Shown piece by piece: positions 37,701 through 52,700 of a stretch of 64,000 nucleotides of DNA. Below the pieces are notes generated by a model. It ran no database searches, was not told the DNA's origin, and saw only the letters and a program-made list of their open reading frames with translations. The position numbers and the translations under genes were made by a program. This stretch comes from Eledone cirrhosa. Taxonomy: Eukaryota. Positions within the stretch are counted from its first letter, which is position 1; each line of letters starts with the position of its first letter. The stretch spans positions 5,766,001 to 5,830,000 of the forward strand of contig OZ024741.1 of NCBI GenBank assembly GCA_964016885.1. The letters run 5' to 3'.

Positions 37701-40700
37701 ACACTAATTACCTCACAGAATATCATAGCTGTGAAAGGTCTTACTAACATCTCACCCCTAACACTAATTACCTCACAGAATATCTCAGCTGTGAAGGTCT
37801 TACTAACATGTCACCCATAACACTAATTACCTAACAGAATATCTCAACTGTGAAGGTCTTACTAACATGTCACCCCTAACACTAATTACCTAACAGAATA
37901 TCTCAGCTGTGAGGGTCTTACTAACATGTCACCCCTAACACTAATTACCTAACAGAATATCTCAACTGTGAAGGTCTTACTAACATGTCACCCCTAACAC
38001 TAATTATCTCACAGAATATCTCAGCTGTGAAGGTCTTACTAACATGTCACCCCTAACACTAATTACATAACAGAATATCTCAGCTGTGAAGGTCTTACTA
38101 ACATGTGACCCCTAATACTAATTATCTCACAGAATATCTCAGATGTGAAGGTCTTAATAACATGTCACCCCTAACACTAGTTACCTCACAGAATATCTCA
38201 GCTGTGAAGGTCTAATTAACATGTCACCCCTAACACTAATTACCTCACAGAATATCTCAGATGTGAAGGTCTTACTAACATGTCATTTCTAACACTAATT
38301 ACCTCACAAAATATCTCAGCTGTGAAGGTCTTACTAACATGTCACCCCTAACACTAATTACCTCAAAAAATATCTCAGTTGTGAAGGTCTTACTAAAATG
38401 TCAGCCCTAACACTAATTACATCACAGAATATCTCAATTGTGAAGGTCTTACTAACATGTCCCCCCTAACACTAATTACATCACAGAATATCTCAATTGT
38501 GAAGGTCTTATTAACATGTCACCCCTAACACTAATTACCTCACACAATATCTCAGCTGTGAATGTCTAATTAACATGTCACCCCTAACACTAATTACCTC
38601 ACAGAATATCTCAACTCTGAAGGTCTTACTATCATGTCACCCCTAACATTAATTACCTCACAGAATATCTCAGCTGTGAAGGTCTTACTAACATGTCACC
38701 CCTAACACTGATTACCTCACACAATATCTCAGCTGTGAAGGTCTTACTAACATGTCACCCCTAACACTAATTATCTCACAGAATATCTCAACTGTGAAGG
38801 TCTTACTAACATGTCACCCCTAACACTAATTATCTCACAGAATATCTCAGCTGTGAAGGTCTTACTAACATGTCACCCCTAACACTAATTATCTCACAGA
38901 ATATCTCAGATGTGAAGGTCTTACTAACATGTCACCCCTAACACTAATTATCTCACAGAATATCTCAACTGTGAAGGTCTTACTAACATGTCACCCCTAA
39001 CACTAATTATCTCACAGAATATCTCAGATGTGAAGGTCTTACTAACATGTCACCCCTAACACTAATTATCTCACAGAATATCTCAGCTGTGAAGGTCTTA
39101 CTAACATGTCACCCTTAACACTAATTATCTCACAGAATAACTCAACTGTGAAGGTCTTACTAACATGTCACCCCTAACACTAATTATCTCACAGGATATC
39201 TCAGATGTGAAGGTCTTACTAACATGTCACCCCTAACACTAATTATCTCACAGAATATCTCAGCTGTGAGGGTCTTACTAACATGTCACCCCTAACACTA
39301 ATTACCTCACAGAATATCATAGCTGTGAAAGGTCTTACTAACATCTCACCCCTAACACTAATTACCTCACAGAATATCATAGCTGTGAGGGTCTTACTAA
39401 CATGTCACCCGTAACACTAATTACCTCACAGAATATCATAGCTGTGAAGGTCTTACTAACATCTCACCACTAACACTAATTACCTCACAGAATATCTCAG
39501 CTGTGAAGGTCTTACTAACATATCATCCCTAACACTAATTACCTAACAGAATATCTCAGCTGTGAAGGTCTTACTAACATGTCACCCCTAACACTAATTA
39601 CCTCACAGAATATCTCAGATGTGAAGGTCTTACTAACATGTCATCCCTAACACTAATTACCTCACAAAATATCTCAGCTGTGAAGGTCTTACTAACATGT
39701 CACCCCTAACACTAATTACCTCAAAAAATATCTCAGTTGTGAAGGTCTTACTAACATGTCAGCCCTAACACTAATTACATCACAGAATATCTCAATTGTG
39801 AAGGTCTTACTAACATGTCCCCCCTAACACTAATTACATCACAGAATATCTCAATTGTGAAGGTCTTATTAACATGTCACCCCTAACACTAATTACCTCA
39901 CACAATATCTCAGCTGTGAATGTCTAATTAACATGTCACCCCTAACACTAATTACCTCACAGAATATCTCAACTCTGAAGGTCTTACTATCATGTCACCC
40001 CTAACATTAATTACCTCACAGAATATCTCAGCTGTGAAGGTCTTACTAACATGTCACCCCTAACACTGATTACCTCACACAATATCTCAGCTGTGAAGGT
40101 CTTACTAACATGTCACCCCTAACACTAATTATCTCACAGAATATCTCAACTGTGAAGGTCTTACTAACATGTCACCCCTAACACTAATTATCTCACAGAA
40201 TATCTCAGATGTGAAGGTCTTACTAACATGTCACCCCTAACACTAATTATCTCACAGAATATCTCAACTGTGAAGGTCTTACTAACATGTCACCCCTAAC
40301 ACTAATTATCTCACAGAATATCTCAGATGTGAAGGTCTTACTAACATGTCACCCCTAACACTAATTATCTCACAGAATATCTCAGATGTGAAGGTCTTAC
40401 TAACATGTCACCCCTAACACTAATTATCTCACAGGATATCTCAGATGTGAAGGTCTTACTAACATGTCACCCCTAACACTAATTACCTCAGAGAATATCT
40501 CAGCTGTGAAGGTCTTACTAACATGTCACCCCTAACACTAATTACCTCACACAATATCTCAGCTGTGAAGGTCTTACTAACATGTCACCCTTAACATTAA
40601 TTACCTCACAGAATATCTCAGTTGTGAAGGTCTTACTAACATGTCACCCCTAACACTAATTACATCACAGAATATCTCAGCTGTGAAGGTCTAATTAACA

Positions 40701-43700
40701 TGTCACCCCTAACACTAATTACCTCACACAATATCTCAGATGTGAAGGTCTTACTAACATGTCACCCCTAACACTAATTACCTCACAGAGTATCTTAGAT
40801 GTGAAGGTCTTACTAACATGTCACCCCTAACACTAATTACCTCACAGAATATCTCAACTGTGAAGGTCTTACTAACATGTCACCCCTAACACTAATTATC
40901 TCACAGAATATCTCAGATGTGAAGGTCTTACTAACATGTCACCGCTACCACTAATTATCTCACAGAATATCTCAGCTGTGAAGGTCTTATTAACATGTCA
41001 CCCCTAACACTAATTACATCACAGAATATCTCAGCTGTGAAGGTCTAATTAACATGTCACCCCTAACACTAATTACCTCACACAATATCTCAGATGTGAA
41101 GGTCTTACTAACATGTCACCCCTAACACTAATTACCTCACAGAGTATCTTAGATGTGAAGGTCTTACTAACATGTCACCCCTAACACTAATTACCTCACA
41201 GAATATCTCAACTGTGAAAGGTCTTACTAACATCTCACCCCTAACACTAATTATATCACAGAATATCTCAGCTGTGAGGGTCTTACTAACATGTCACCAC
41301 TAACACTAATTACCTCACAGAATATCATAGCTGTGAAGGTCTTACTAACATGTCACCCCTAACACTAATTATCTCACAGAAAATCTCAGCTGTGAAGGTC
41401 TTACTAACATGTCACCCCTAACACTAATTACCTAGCAGAATATCTCAACTGTGAAGGTCTTACTAACATGTCACCCCTAACACTAATTACCTAACAGAAT
41501 ATCTCAGCTGTGAGGGTCTTACTAACATGTCACCCCTAACACTAATTACCTAACAGAATATCACAACTGTGAAGGTCTTACTAACATGTCACCCCTAACA
41601 CTAATTATCTCACAGAATATCTCAGCTGTGAAGTTCTTACTAACATGTCACCCCTAACACTAATTACCTAACAGAATATCTCAGCTGTGAAGGTCTTACT
41701 AACATGTGGCCCCTAATACTAATTATCTCACAGAATATCTCAGATGTGAAGGTCTTAATAACATGTCACACCTAACACTAATTACCTCACAGAATATCTC
41801 AGTTGTGAAGGTCTTACTAACATGTCACCCCTAACAATAATTACCTCACAGAATATCTCAGCTGTGAAGGTCTAATTAACATGTTACCCCTAACACTAAT
41901 TACCTCACAGAATATCTCAGCTGTGAAGGTCTTACTAACATGTCACCCCTAACACTAATTACCTCACAAAATATCTCAGTTGTGAAAGTCTTACTAACAT
42001 GTCACCCCTAACACTAATTACATCACAGAATATCTTAATTGTGAAGGTCTTACTAACATGTCACCCCTAACACTAATTACATCACAGAATATCTCAATCG
42101 TGAAGGTCTTATTAACATGTCACCCCTAACACTAATTACCTCACACAATATCTCAGCTGTGAAGGTCTAATTAACATGTCACTCCTAACACTAATTACCT
42201 CACAGAATATCTCAACTCTGAAGGTCTTACTAACATGTCACCCCTAACATTAATTACCTCACAGAATATCTCAGCTGTGAAGGTCTTACAAACATGTCAC
42301 CCCTAACACTGATTACCTCACACAATATCTCAGCTGTGAGGGTCTTACTAACATGTCACCCCTAACACTAATTATCTCACAGAATATCTCAACTGTGAAG
42401 GTCTTACTAACATGTCACCCCTAACACTAATTATCTCACAGAATATCTCAGCTGTGAAGGTCTTACTAACATGTCACCCCTAACACTAATTATCTCACAG
42501 AATATCTCAGATGTGAAGGTCTTACTAACATGTCACCGCTACCACTAATTATCTCACAGAATATCTCAACTGTGAAGGTCTTACTAACATCTCACCCCTA
42601 ACACTAATTATCTCACAGGATATCTCAGATGTGAAGGTCTTACTAACATGTCACCCCTAACACTAATTATCTCACAGAATATCTCAGTTGTGAAGGTCTT
42701 ACTAACATGTCACCCCTAACACTAATTATCTCACAGAATATCTCAGATGTGAATGTCTTACTAACATGTCACCCCTAAAACTAATTATCTCACAGAATAT
42801 CTCAGCTGTGAAGGTCTTACTAACATGTCACCCCTAACACTAATTATCTCACAGAATATCTCAGATGTGAAGGTCTTACTAACATGTCACCTCTAACACT
42901 AATTATCTCACAGAATATCTCAGATGTGAAGGTCTTACTAACATGTCACCCCTAACACTAATTACCTCACAGAATATCTCAGATGTGAAGGTCTTACTAA
43001 CATGTCACCCCTAACACTAATTATCTCACAGAATATCTCAGATGTTAAGGTCTTACTAACATGTCACCCCTAACACTAATTACCTCAGAGAATATCTCAG
43101 CTGTGAAGGTCTTACTAACATGTCACCCCTAACACTAATTATCTCACAGAATATCTCAGATGTGAAGGTCTCACTAACATGTCACCCCTAACACTAATTA
43201 TCTCACAGAATATCTCAGATGTGAAGGTCTTACTAACATGTCACCCCTAACACTAATTACCTCACAGAATATCTCAGCTGTGAAGGTCTTACTAACATGT
43301 CACCCCTAACACTAATTATCTCACAGAATATCTCAGATGTGAAGGTCTTACTAACATGTCACCCCTAACACTAATTATCTCACAGAATATCTCAACTGTG
43401 AAGGTCTTACTAACATGTCACCCCTAACACTAATTATCTCACAGAATATCTCAGATGTGAAGGTCTTACTAACATGTCACCGCAACCACTAATTATCTCA
43501 CAGAATATCTCAGCTGTGAAGGTCTTACTAACATGTCACCCCTAACACTAATTATCTCACAGAATATCTCAACTGTGAAGGTCTTACTAACATGTCACCC
43601 CTAACACTAATTATCTCACAGGATATCTCAGATGTGAAGGTCTTACTAACATGTCACCCCTAACACTAATTATCTCACAGAATATCTCAGTTGTGAAGGT

Positions 43701-46700
43701 CTTACTAACATGTCACCCCTAACACTAATTACCTCACAGAATATCTCAGATGTGAAGGTCTTACTAACATGTCACCCCTAACACTAATTATCTCACAGAA
43801 TATCTCAACTGTGAAGGTCTTACTAACATGTCACCCCTAACACTAATTATCTCACAGAATATCTCAGATGTGAATGTCTTACTAACATGTCACCCCTAAC
43901 ACTAGTTATCTCACAGAATATCTCAGCTGTGAAGGTCTTACTAACATGTCACCCCTAACACTAATTACCTCACAGAATATCTCAGCTGTGAAGGTCTTAC
44001 TAACATGTCACCCCTAACACTAATTATCTCACAGAATATCTCAGATGTTAAGGTCTTACTAACATGTCACACCTAACACTAATTACATCACAGAATATCT
44101 CAATCGTGAAGGTCTTATTAACATGTCACCCCTAACACTAATTACCTCACACAATATCACAGCTGTGAAGGTCTAATTAACATGTCACTCCTAACACTAA
44201 TTACCTCACAGAATATCTCAACTCTGAAGGTCTTACTAACATGTCACCCCTAACATTAATTACCTCACAGAATATCTCAGCTGTGAAGGTCTTACAAACA
44301 TGTCACCCCTAACACTGATTACCTCACACAATATCTCAGCTGTGAGGGTCTTACTAACATGTCACCCCTAACACTAATTATCTCACAGAATATCTCAACT
44401 GTGAAGGTCTTACTAACATGTCACCCCTAACACTAATTATCTCACAGAATATCTCAACTGTGAAGGTCTTACTAACATGTCACCCCTAACACTAATTATC
44501 TCACAGAATATCTCAGATGTGAAGGTCTTACTAACATGTCACCGCTACCACTAATTATCTCACAGAATATCTCAGCTGTGAAGGTCTTACTAACATGTCA
44601 CCCCTAACACTAATTATCTCACAGAATATCTCAACTGTGAAGGTCTTACTAACATCTCACCCCTAACACTAATTATCTCACAGGATATCTCAGATGTGAA
44701 GGTCTTACTAACATGTCACCCTAACACTAATTATCTCACAGAATATCTCAGTTGTGAAGGTCTTACTAACATGTCACCCCTAACACCAATTACCTCACAG
44801 AATATCTCAGATGTGAAGGTCTTACTAACATGTCACCCCTAACACTAATTATCTCACAGAATATCTCAACTGTGAATGTCTTACTAACATGTCACCCCTA
44901 ACACGAATTATCTCACAGAATATCTCAGCTGTGAAGGTCTTACTAACATGTCACCCCTAACACTAATTATCTCACAGAATATCTCAGATGTGAAGGTCTT
45001 ACTAACATGTCACCCCTAACACTAATTATCTCACAGAATATCTCAGATGTGAAGGTCTTACTAACATGTCACCCCTAACACTAATTACCTCACAGAATAT
45101 CTCAGATGTGAAGGTCTTACTAACATGTCACCCCTAACACTAATTATCTCACAGAATATCTCAGATGTGAAGGTCTTACTAACATGTCACCCCTAACACT
45201 AATTATCTCACAGAATATCTCAACTGTGAAGGTCTTACTAACATGTCACCCCTAACACTAATTATCTCACAGAATATCTCAGATGTGAAGGTCTTAATAA
45301 CATGTCACCCCTAACACTAATTATCTCACAGAATATCTCAGATGTGAAGGTCTTACTAACATGTCACCCCTAACACTAATTACCTCACAGAATATCTCAG
45401 ATGTGAAGGTCTTACTAACATGTCACCCCTAACACTAATTATCTCACAGAATATCTCAGATGTTAAGGTCTTACTAACATGTCACCCCTAACACTAATTA
45501 CCTCACAGAATATCTCAGCTGTGAAGGTCTTACTAACATGTCACCCCTAACACTAATTATCTCACAGAATATCTCAGATGTGAAGGTCTTACTAACATGT
45601 CACACCTAACACTAATTATCTCACAGAATATCTCAGATGTGAAGGTCTTACTAACATGTCACCCCTAACACTAATTATCTCACAGAATATCTCAGATGTG
45701 AAGGTCTTACTAACATGTCACCCCTAACACTAATTACCTCACAGAATATCTCAGCTGTGAAGGTCTTACTAACATGTCACCCATAACACTAATTATCTCA
45801 CAGAATATCTCAGATGTGAAGGTCTTACTAACATGTCACCCCTAACACTAATTATCTCACAGAATATCTCAACTGTGAAGGTCTTACTAACATGTCACCC
45901 CTAACACTAATTATCTCACAGAATATCTCAGATGTGAAGGTCTTACTATCATGTCACACCTAACACTAATTATCTCACAGAATATCTCAGATATGAAGGT
46001 CTTACTAACATGTCACCCCTAACACTAATTATCTCACAGAATATCTCAGATGTGAAGGTCTTACTAACATGTCACCCCTAACACTAATTACCTCACAGAA
46101 TATCTCAGCTGTGAAGGTCTTACTAACATGTCACCCCTAACACTAATTATCTCACAGAATATCTCAGATGTGAAGGTCTTACTAACATGTCACCCCTAAC
46201 ACTAATTATCTCACAGAATATCTCAACTGTGAAGGTCTTACTAACATGTCACCCCTAACACTAATTATCTCACAGAATATCTCAGATGTGAAGGTCTTAA
46301 TAACATGTCACCCCTAACACTAATTATCTCACAGAATATCTCAGATGTGAAGGTCTTACTAACATGTCACCCCTAACACTAATTACCTCACAGAATATCT
46401 CAGATGTGAAGGTCTTACTAACATGTCACCCCTAACACTAATTATCTCACAGAATATCTCAGATGTTAAGGTCTTACTAACATGTCACCCCTAACACTAA
46501 TTACCTCACAGAATATCTCAGCTGTGAAGGTCTTACTAACATGTCACCCCTAACACTAATTATCTCACAGAATATCTCAGATGTGAAGGTCTTACTAACA
46601 TGTCACACCTAACACTAATTATCTCACAGAATATCTCAGATGTGAAGGTCTTACTAACATGTCACCCCTAACACTAATTATCTCACAGAATATCTCAGAT

Positions 46701-49700
46701 GTGAAGGTCTTACTAACATGTCACCCCTAACACTAATTACCTCACAGAATATCTCAGCTGTGAAGGTCTTACTAACATGTCACCCATAACACTAATTATC
46801 TCACAGAATATCTCAGATGTGAAGGTCTTACTAACATGTCACCCCTAACACTAATTATCTCACAGAATATCTCAACTGTGAAGGTCTTACTAACATGTCA
46901 CCCCTAACACTAATTATCTCACAGAATATCTCAGATGTGAAGGTCTTACTAACATGTCACCCCTAACACTAATTATCTCACAGAATATCTCAGATGTGAA
47001 GGTCTTACTAACATGTCACCCCTAACACTAATTATCTCACAGAATATCTTAGCTGTGAAGGTCTTACTAACATGTCACCGCTACCACTAATTATCTCACA
47101 GAATATCTCAGCTGTGAAGGTCTTACTAACATGTCACCCCTAACACTAATTATCTCACAGAATATCTCAACTGTGAAGGTCTTACTAACATGTCACCCCT
47201 AACACTAATTATCTCACAGGATATCTCAGATGTGAAGGTCTTACTAACATGTCACCCCTAACACTAATTATCTCACAGAATATCTCAGTTGTGAAGGTCT
47301 TACTAACATGTCACCCCTAACACTAATTACCTCACAGAATATCTCAGATGTGAAGGTCTTACTAACATGTCACCCCTAACACTAATTATCTCACAGAATA
47401 TCTCAACTGTGAAGGTCTTACTAACATGTCACCCCTAACACTAATTATCTCACAGAATATCTCAGATGTGAATGTCTTACTAACATGTCACCCCTAACAC
47501 TAATTATCTCACTGAATATCTCAGCTGTGAAGGTCTTACTAACATGTCACCCCTAACACTAATTACCTCACAGAATATCTCAGCTGTGAAGGTCTTACTA
47601 ACATGTCACCCCTAACACTAATTATCTCACAGAATATCTCAGATGTGAAGGTCTTACTAACATGTCACACCTAACACTAATTACATCGCAGAATATCTCA
47701 ATCGTGAAGGTCTTATTAACATGTCACCCCTAACACTAATTACCTCACACAATATCTCAGCTGTGAAGGTCTAATTAACATGTCACTCCTAACACTAATT
47801 ACCTCACAGAATATCTCAACTCTGAAGGTCTTACTAACATGTCACCCCTAACATTAATTACCTCACAGAATATCTCAGCTGTGAAGGTCTTACAAACATG
47901 TCACCCCTAACACTGATTACCTCACACAATATCTCAGCTGTGAGGGTCTTACTAACATGTCACCCCTAACACTAATTATCTCACAGAATATCTCAACTGT
48001 GAAGGTCTTACTAACATGTCACCCCTAACACTAATTATCTCACAGAATATCTCAGCTGTGAAGGTCTTACTAACATGTCACCCCTAACACTAATTATCTC
48101 ACAGAATATCTCAGATGTGAAGGTCTTACTAACATGTCACCCCTAACACTAATTATCTCACAGAATATCTCAACTGTGAAGGTCTTACTAACATGTCACC
48201 CCTAACACTAATTATCTCACAGAATATCTCAGATGTGAAGGTCTTACTAACATGTCACCGCTACCACTAATTATCTCAGAGAATATCTCAGCTGTGAAGG
48301 TCTTACTAACATGTCACCCCTAACACTAATTATCTCACAGAATATCTCAACTGTGAAGGTCTTACTAACATCTCACCCCTAACACTAATTATCTCACAGG
48401 ATATCTCAGATGTGAAGGTCTTACTAACATGTCACCCCTAACACTAATTATCTCACAGAATATCTCAGTTGTGAAGGTCTTACTAACATGTCACCCCTAA
48501 CACTAATTACCTCACAGAATATCTCAGATGTGAAGGTCTTACTAACATGTCACCCCTAACACTAATTATCTCACAGAATATCTCAACTGTGAAGGTCTTA
48601 CTAACATGTCACCCCTAACACTAATTATCTCACAGAATATCTCAGATGTGAATGTCTTACTAACATGTCACCCCTAACACTAATTATCTCACAGAATATC
48701 TCAGTTGTGAAGGTCTTACTAACATGTCACCCCTAACACTAATTACCTCACAGAATATCTCAGATGTGAAGATCTTACTAACATGTCACCCCTAACACTA
48801 ATTATCTCACATAATATCTCAGATGTGAAGGTCTTACTAACATGTCACCCCTAACACTAATTACCTCACAGAATATCTCAGATGTGAAGGTCTTACTAAC
48901 ATGTCACCCCTAACACTAATTATCTCACAGAATATCTCAGATGTGAAGGTCTTACTAACATGTCACACCTAACACTAATTATCTCACAGAATATCTCAGA
49001 TGTGAAGGTCTTACTAACATGTCACCCCTAACACTAATTATCTCACAGAATATCTCAGATGTTAAGGTCTTACTAACATGTCACCCCTAACAATAAATAC
49101 CTCACAGAATATCTCAGCTGTGAAGGTCTTACTAACATGTCACCCCTAACACTAATTATCTCACAGAATATCTCAGATGTGAAGGTCTTACTATCATGTC
49201 ACACCTTACACTAATTATCTCACAGAATATCTCAGATGTGAAGGTCTTACTAACATGTCACCCCTAACACTAATTATCTCACAGAATATCTCAGATGTGA
49301 AGGTCTTACTAACATGTCACCCCTAACACTAATTACCTCACAGAATATCTCAGCTGTGAAGGTCTTACTAACATGTCACCCCTAACACTAATTATCTCAC
49401 AGAATATCTCAGATGTGAAGGTCTTACTAACATGTCACCCCTAACACTAATTATCTCACAGAATATCTCAACTGTGAAGGTCTTACTAACATGTCACCCC
49501 TAACACTAATTATCTCACAGAATATCTCAGATGTGAAGGTCTTAATAACATGTCACCCCGAACACTAATTATCTCACAGAATATCTCAGATGTGAAGGTC
49601 TTACTAACATGTCACCCCTAACACTAATTACCTCACAGAATATCTCAGATGTGAAGGTCTTACTAACATGTCACCCCTAACACTAATTATCTCACAGAAT

Positions 49701-52700
49701 ATCTCAGATGTTAAGGTCTTACTAACATGTCACCCCTAACACTAATTACCTCACAGAATATCTCAGCTGTGAAGGTCTTACTAACATGTCACCCCTAACA
49801 CTAATTATCTCACAGAATATCTCAGATGTGAAGGTCTTACTAACATGTCACACCTAACACTAATTATCTCACAGAATATCTCAGATGTGAAGGTCTTACT
49901 AACATGTCACACCTAACACTAATTATCTCACAGAATATCTCAGATGTGAAGGTCTTACTAACATGTCACCCCTAACACTAATTATCTCACAGAATATCTT
50001 AATTGTGAAGGTCTTACTAACATGTCACCCCTAACACTAATTACCTCACAGAATATCTCAGCTGTGAAGGTCTTACTAACATGTCACCCATAACACTAAT
50101 TATCTCACAGAATATCTCAGATGTGAAGGTCTTACTAACATGTCACCCCTAACACTAATTATCTCACAGAATATCTCAACTGTGAAGGTCTTACTAACAT
50201 GTCACCCCTAACACTAATTATCTCACAGAATATCTCAGATGTGAAGGTCTTACTAACATGTCACCCCTAACACTAATTATCTCACAGAATATCTCAGATG
50301 TGAAGGTCTTACTAACATGTCACCCCTAACACTAATTATCTCACAGAATATCTCAGCTGTGAAGGTCTTACTAACATGTCACCCCTAACACTAATTATCT
50401 CACAGAATATCTCAGATGTGAAGGTCTTACTAACATGTCACCCCTAACACTAATTATCTCACAGAATATCTCAGATGTGAAGGTCTTACTAACATGTCAC
50501 CCCTAACACTAATTATCTCACAGAATATCTCAGCTGTGAAGGTCTTACTAACATGTCACCCCTAACACTAATTATCTCACAGAATATCTCAGATGTGAAG
50601 GTCTTACTAACATGTCACCCCTAACACTAATTATCTCACAGAATATCTCAGATGTGAAGGTCTTACTAACATGTCACCCCTACCACTAATTATCTCACAG
50701 AATATCTCAGCTGTGAAGGTCTTACTAACATGTCACCCCTAACACTAATTATCTCACAGAATATCTCAACTGTGAAGGTCTTACTAACATGTCACCCCTA
50801 ACACTAATTATCTCACAGGATATCTCAGATGTGAAGGTCTTACTAACATGTCACCCCTAACACTAATTATCTCACAGAATATCTCAGTTGTGAAGGTCTT
50901 ACTAACATGTCACCCCTAACACTAATTACCTCACAGAATATCTCAGATGTGAAGGTCTTACTAACATGTCACCCCTAACACTAATTATCTCACAGAATAT
51001 CTCAACTGTGAAGGTCTTACTAACATGTCACCCCTAACACTAACTATCTCACAGAATATCTCAGATGTGAATGTCTTACTAACATGTCACCCCTAACACT
51101 AATTATCTCACAGAATATCTCAGCTGTGAAGGTCTTACTAACATGTCACCCCTAACACTAATTACCTCACAGAATATCTCAGCTGTGAAGGTCTTACTAA
51201 CATGTCACCCCTAACACTAATTATCTCACAGAATATCTCAGATGTGAAGGTCTTACTAACATGTCACACCTAACACTAATTACATCACAGAATATCTCAA
51301 TCGTGAAGGTCTTATTAACATGTCACCCCTAACACTAATTACCTCACACAATATCTCAGCTGTGAAGGTCTAATTAACATGTCACTCCTAACACTAATTA
51401 CCTCACAGAATATCTCAACTCTGAAGGTCTTACTAACATGTCACCCCTAACATTAATTACCTCACAGAATATCTCAGCTGTGAAGGTCTTACAAACATGT
51501 CACCCCTAACACTGATTACCTCACACAATATCTCAGCTGTGAGGGTCTTACTAACATGTCACCCCTAACACTAATTATCTCACAGAATATCTCAACTGTG
51601 AAGGTCTTACTAACATGTCACCCCTAACACTAATTATCTCACAGAATATCTCAGCTGTGAAGGTCTTACTAACATGTCACCCCTACCACTAATTATCTCA
51701 CAGAATATCTCAGCTGTGAAGGTCTTACTAACATGTCACCCCTAACACTAATTATCTCACAGAATATCTCAACTGTGAAGGTCTTACTAACATGTCACCC
51801 CTAACACTAATTATCTCACAGAATATCTCAGATGTGAAGGTCTTACTAACATGTCACCGCTACCACTAATTATCTCACAGAATATCTCAGCTGTGAAGGT
51901 CTTACTAACATGTCACCCCTAACACTAATTATCTCACAGAATATCTCAACTGTGAAGGTCTTACTAACATCTCACCCCTAACACTAATTATCTCACAGGA
52001 TATCTCAGATGTGAAGGTCTTACTAACATGTCACCCCTAACACTAATTATCTCACAGAATATCTCAGTTGTGAAGGTCTTACTAACATGTCACCCCTAAC
52101 ACTAATTACCTCACAGAATATCTCAGATGTGAAGGTCTTACTAACATGTCACCCCTAACACTAATTATCTCACAGAATATCTCAACTGTGAAGGTCTTAC
52201 TAACATGTCACCCCTAACACTAATTATCTCACAGAATATCTCAGATGTGAATGTCTTACTAACATGTCACCCCTAACACTAATTATCTAACAGAATATCT
52301 CAGCTGTGAAGGTCTTACTAACATGTCACCCCTAACACTAATTACCTCACAGAATATCTCAGATGTGAAGGTCTTACTAACATGTCACCCCTAACACTAA
52401 TTATCTCACAGAATATCTCAGATGTGAAGGTCTTACTAACATGTCACCCCTAACACTAATTACCTCACAGAATATCTCAGATGTGAAGGTCTTACTAACA
52501 TGTCACCCCTAACACTAATTATCTCACAGAATATCTCAGATGTGAAGGTCTTACTAACATGTCACACCAAACACTAATTATCTCACAGAATATCTCAGAT
52601 GTGAAGGTCTTACTAACATGTCACCCCTAACACTAATTATCTCACAGAATATCTCAGATGTGAAGGTCTTACTAACATGTCACCCCTAACACTAATTACC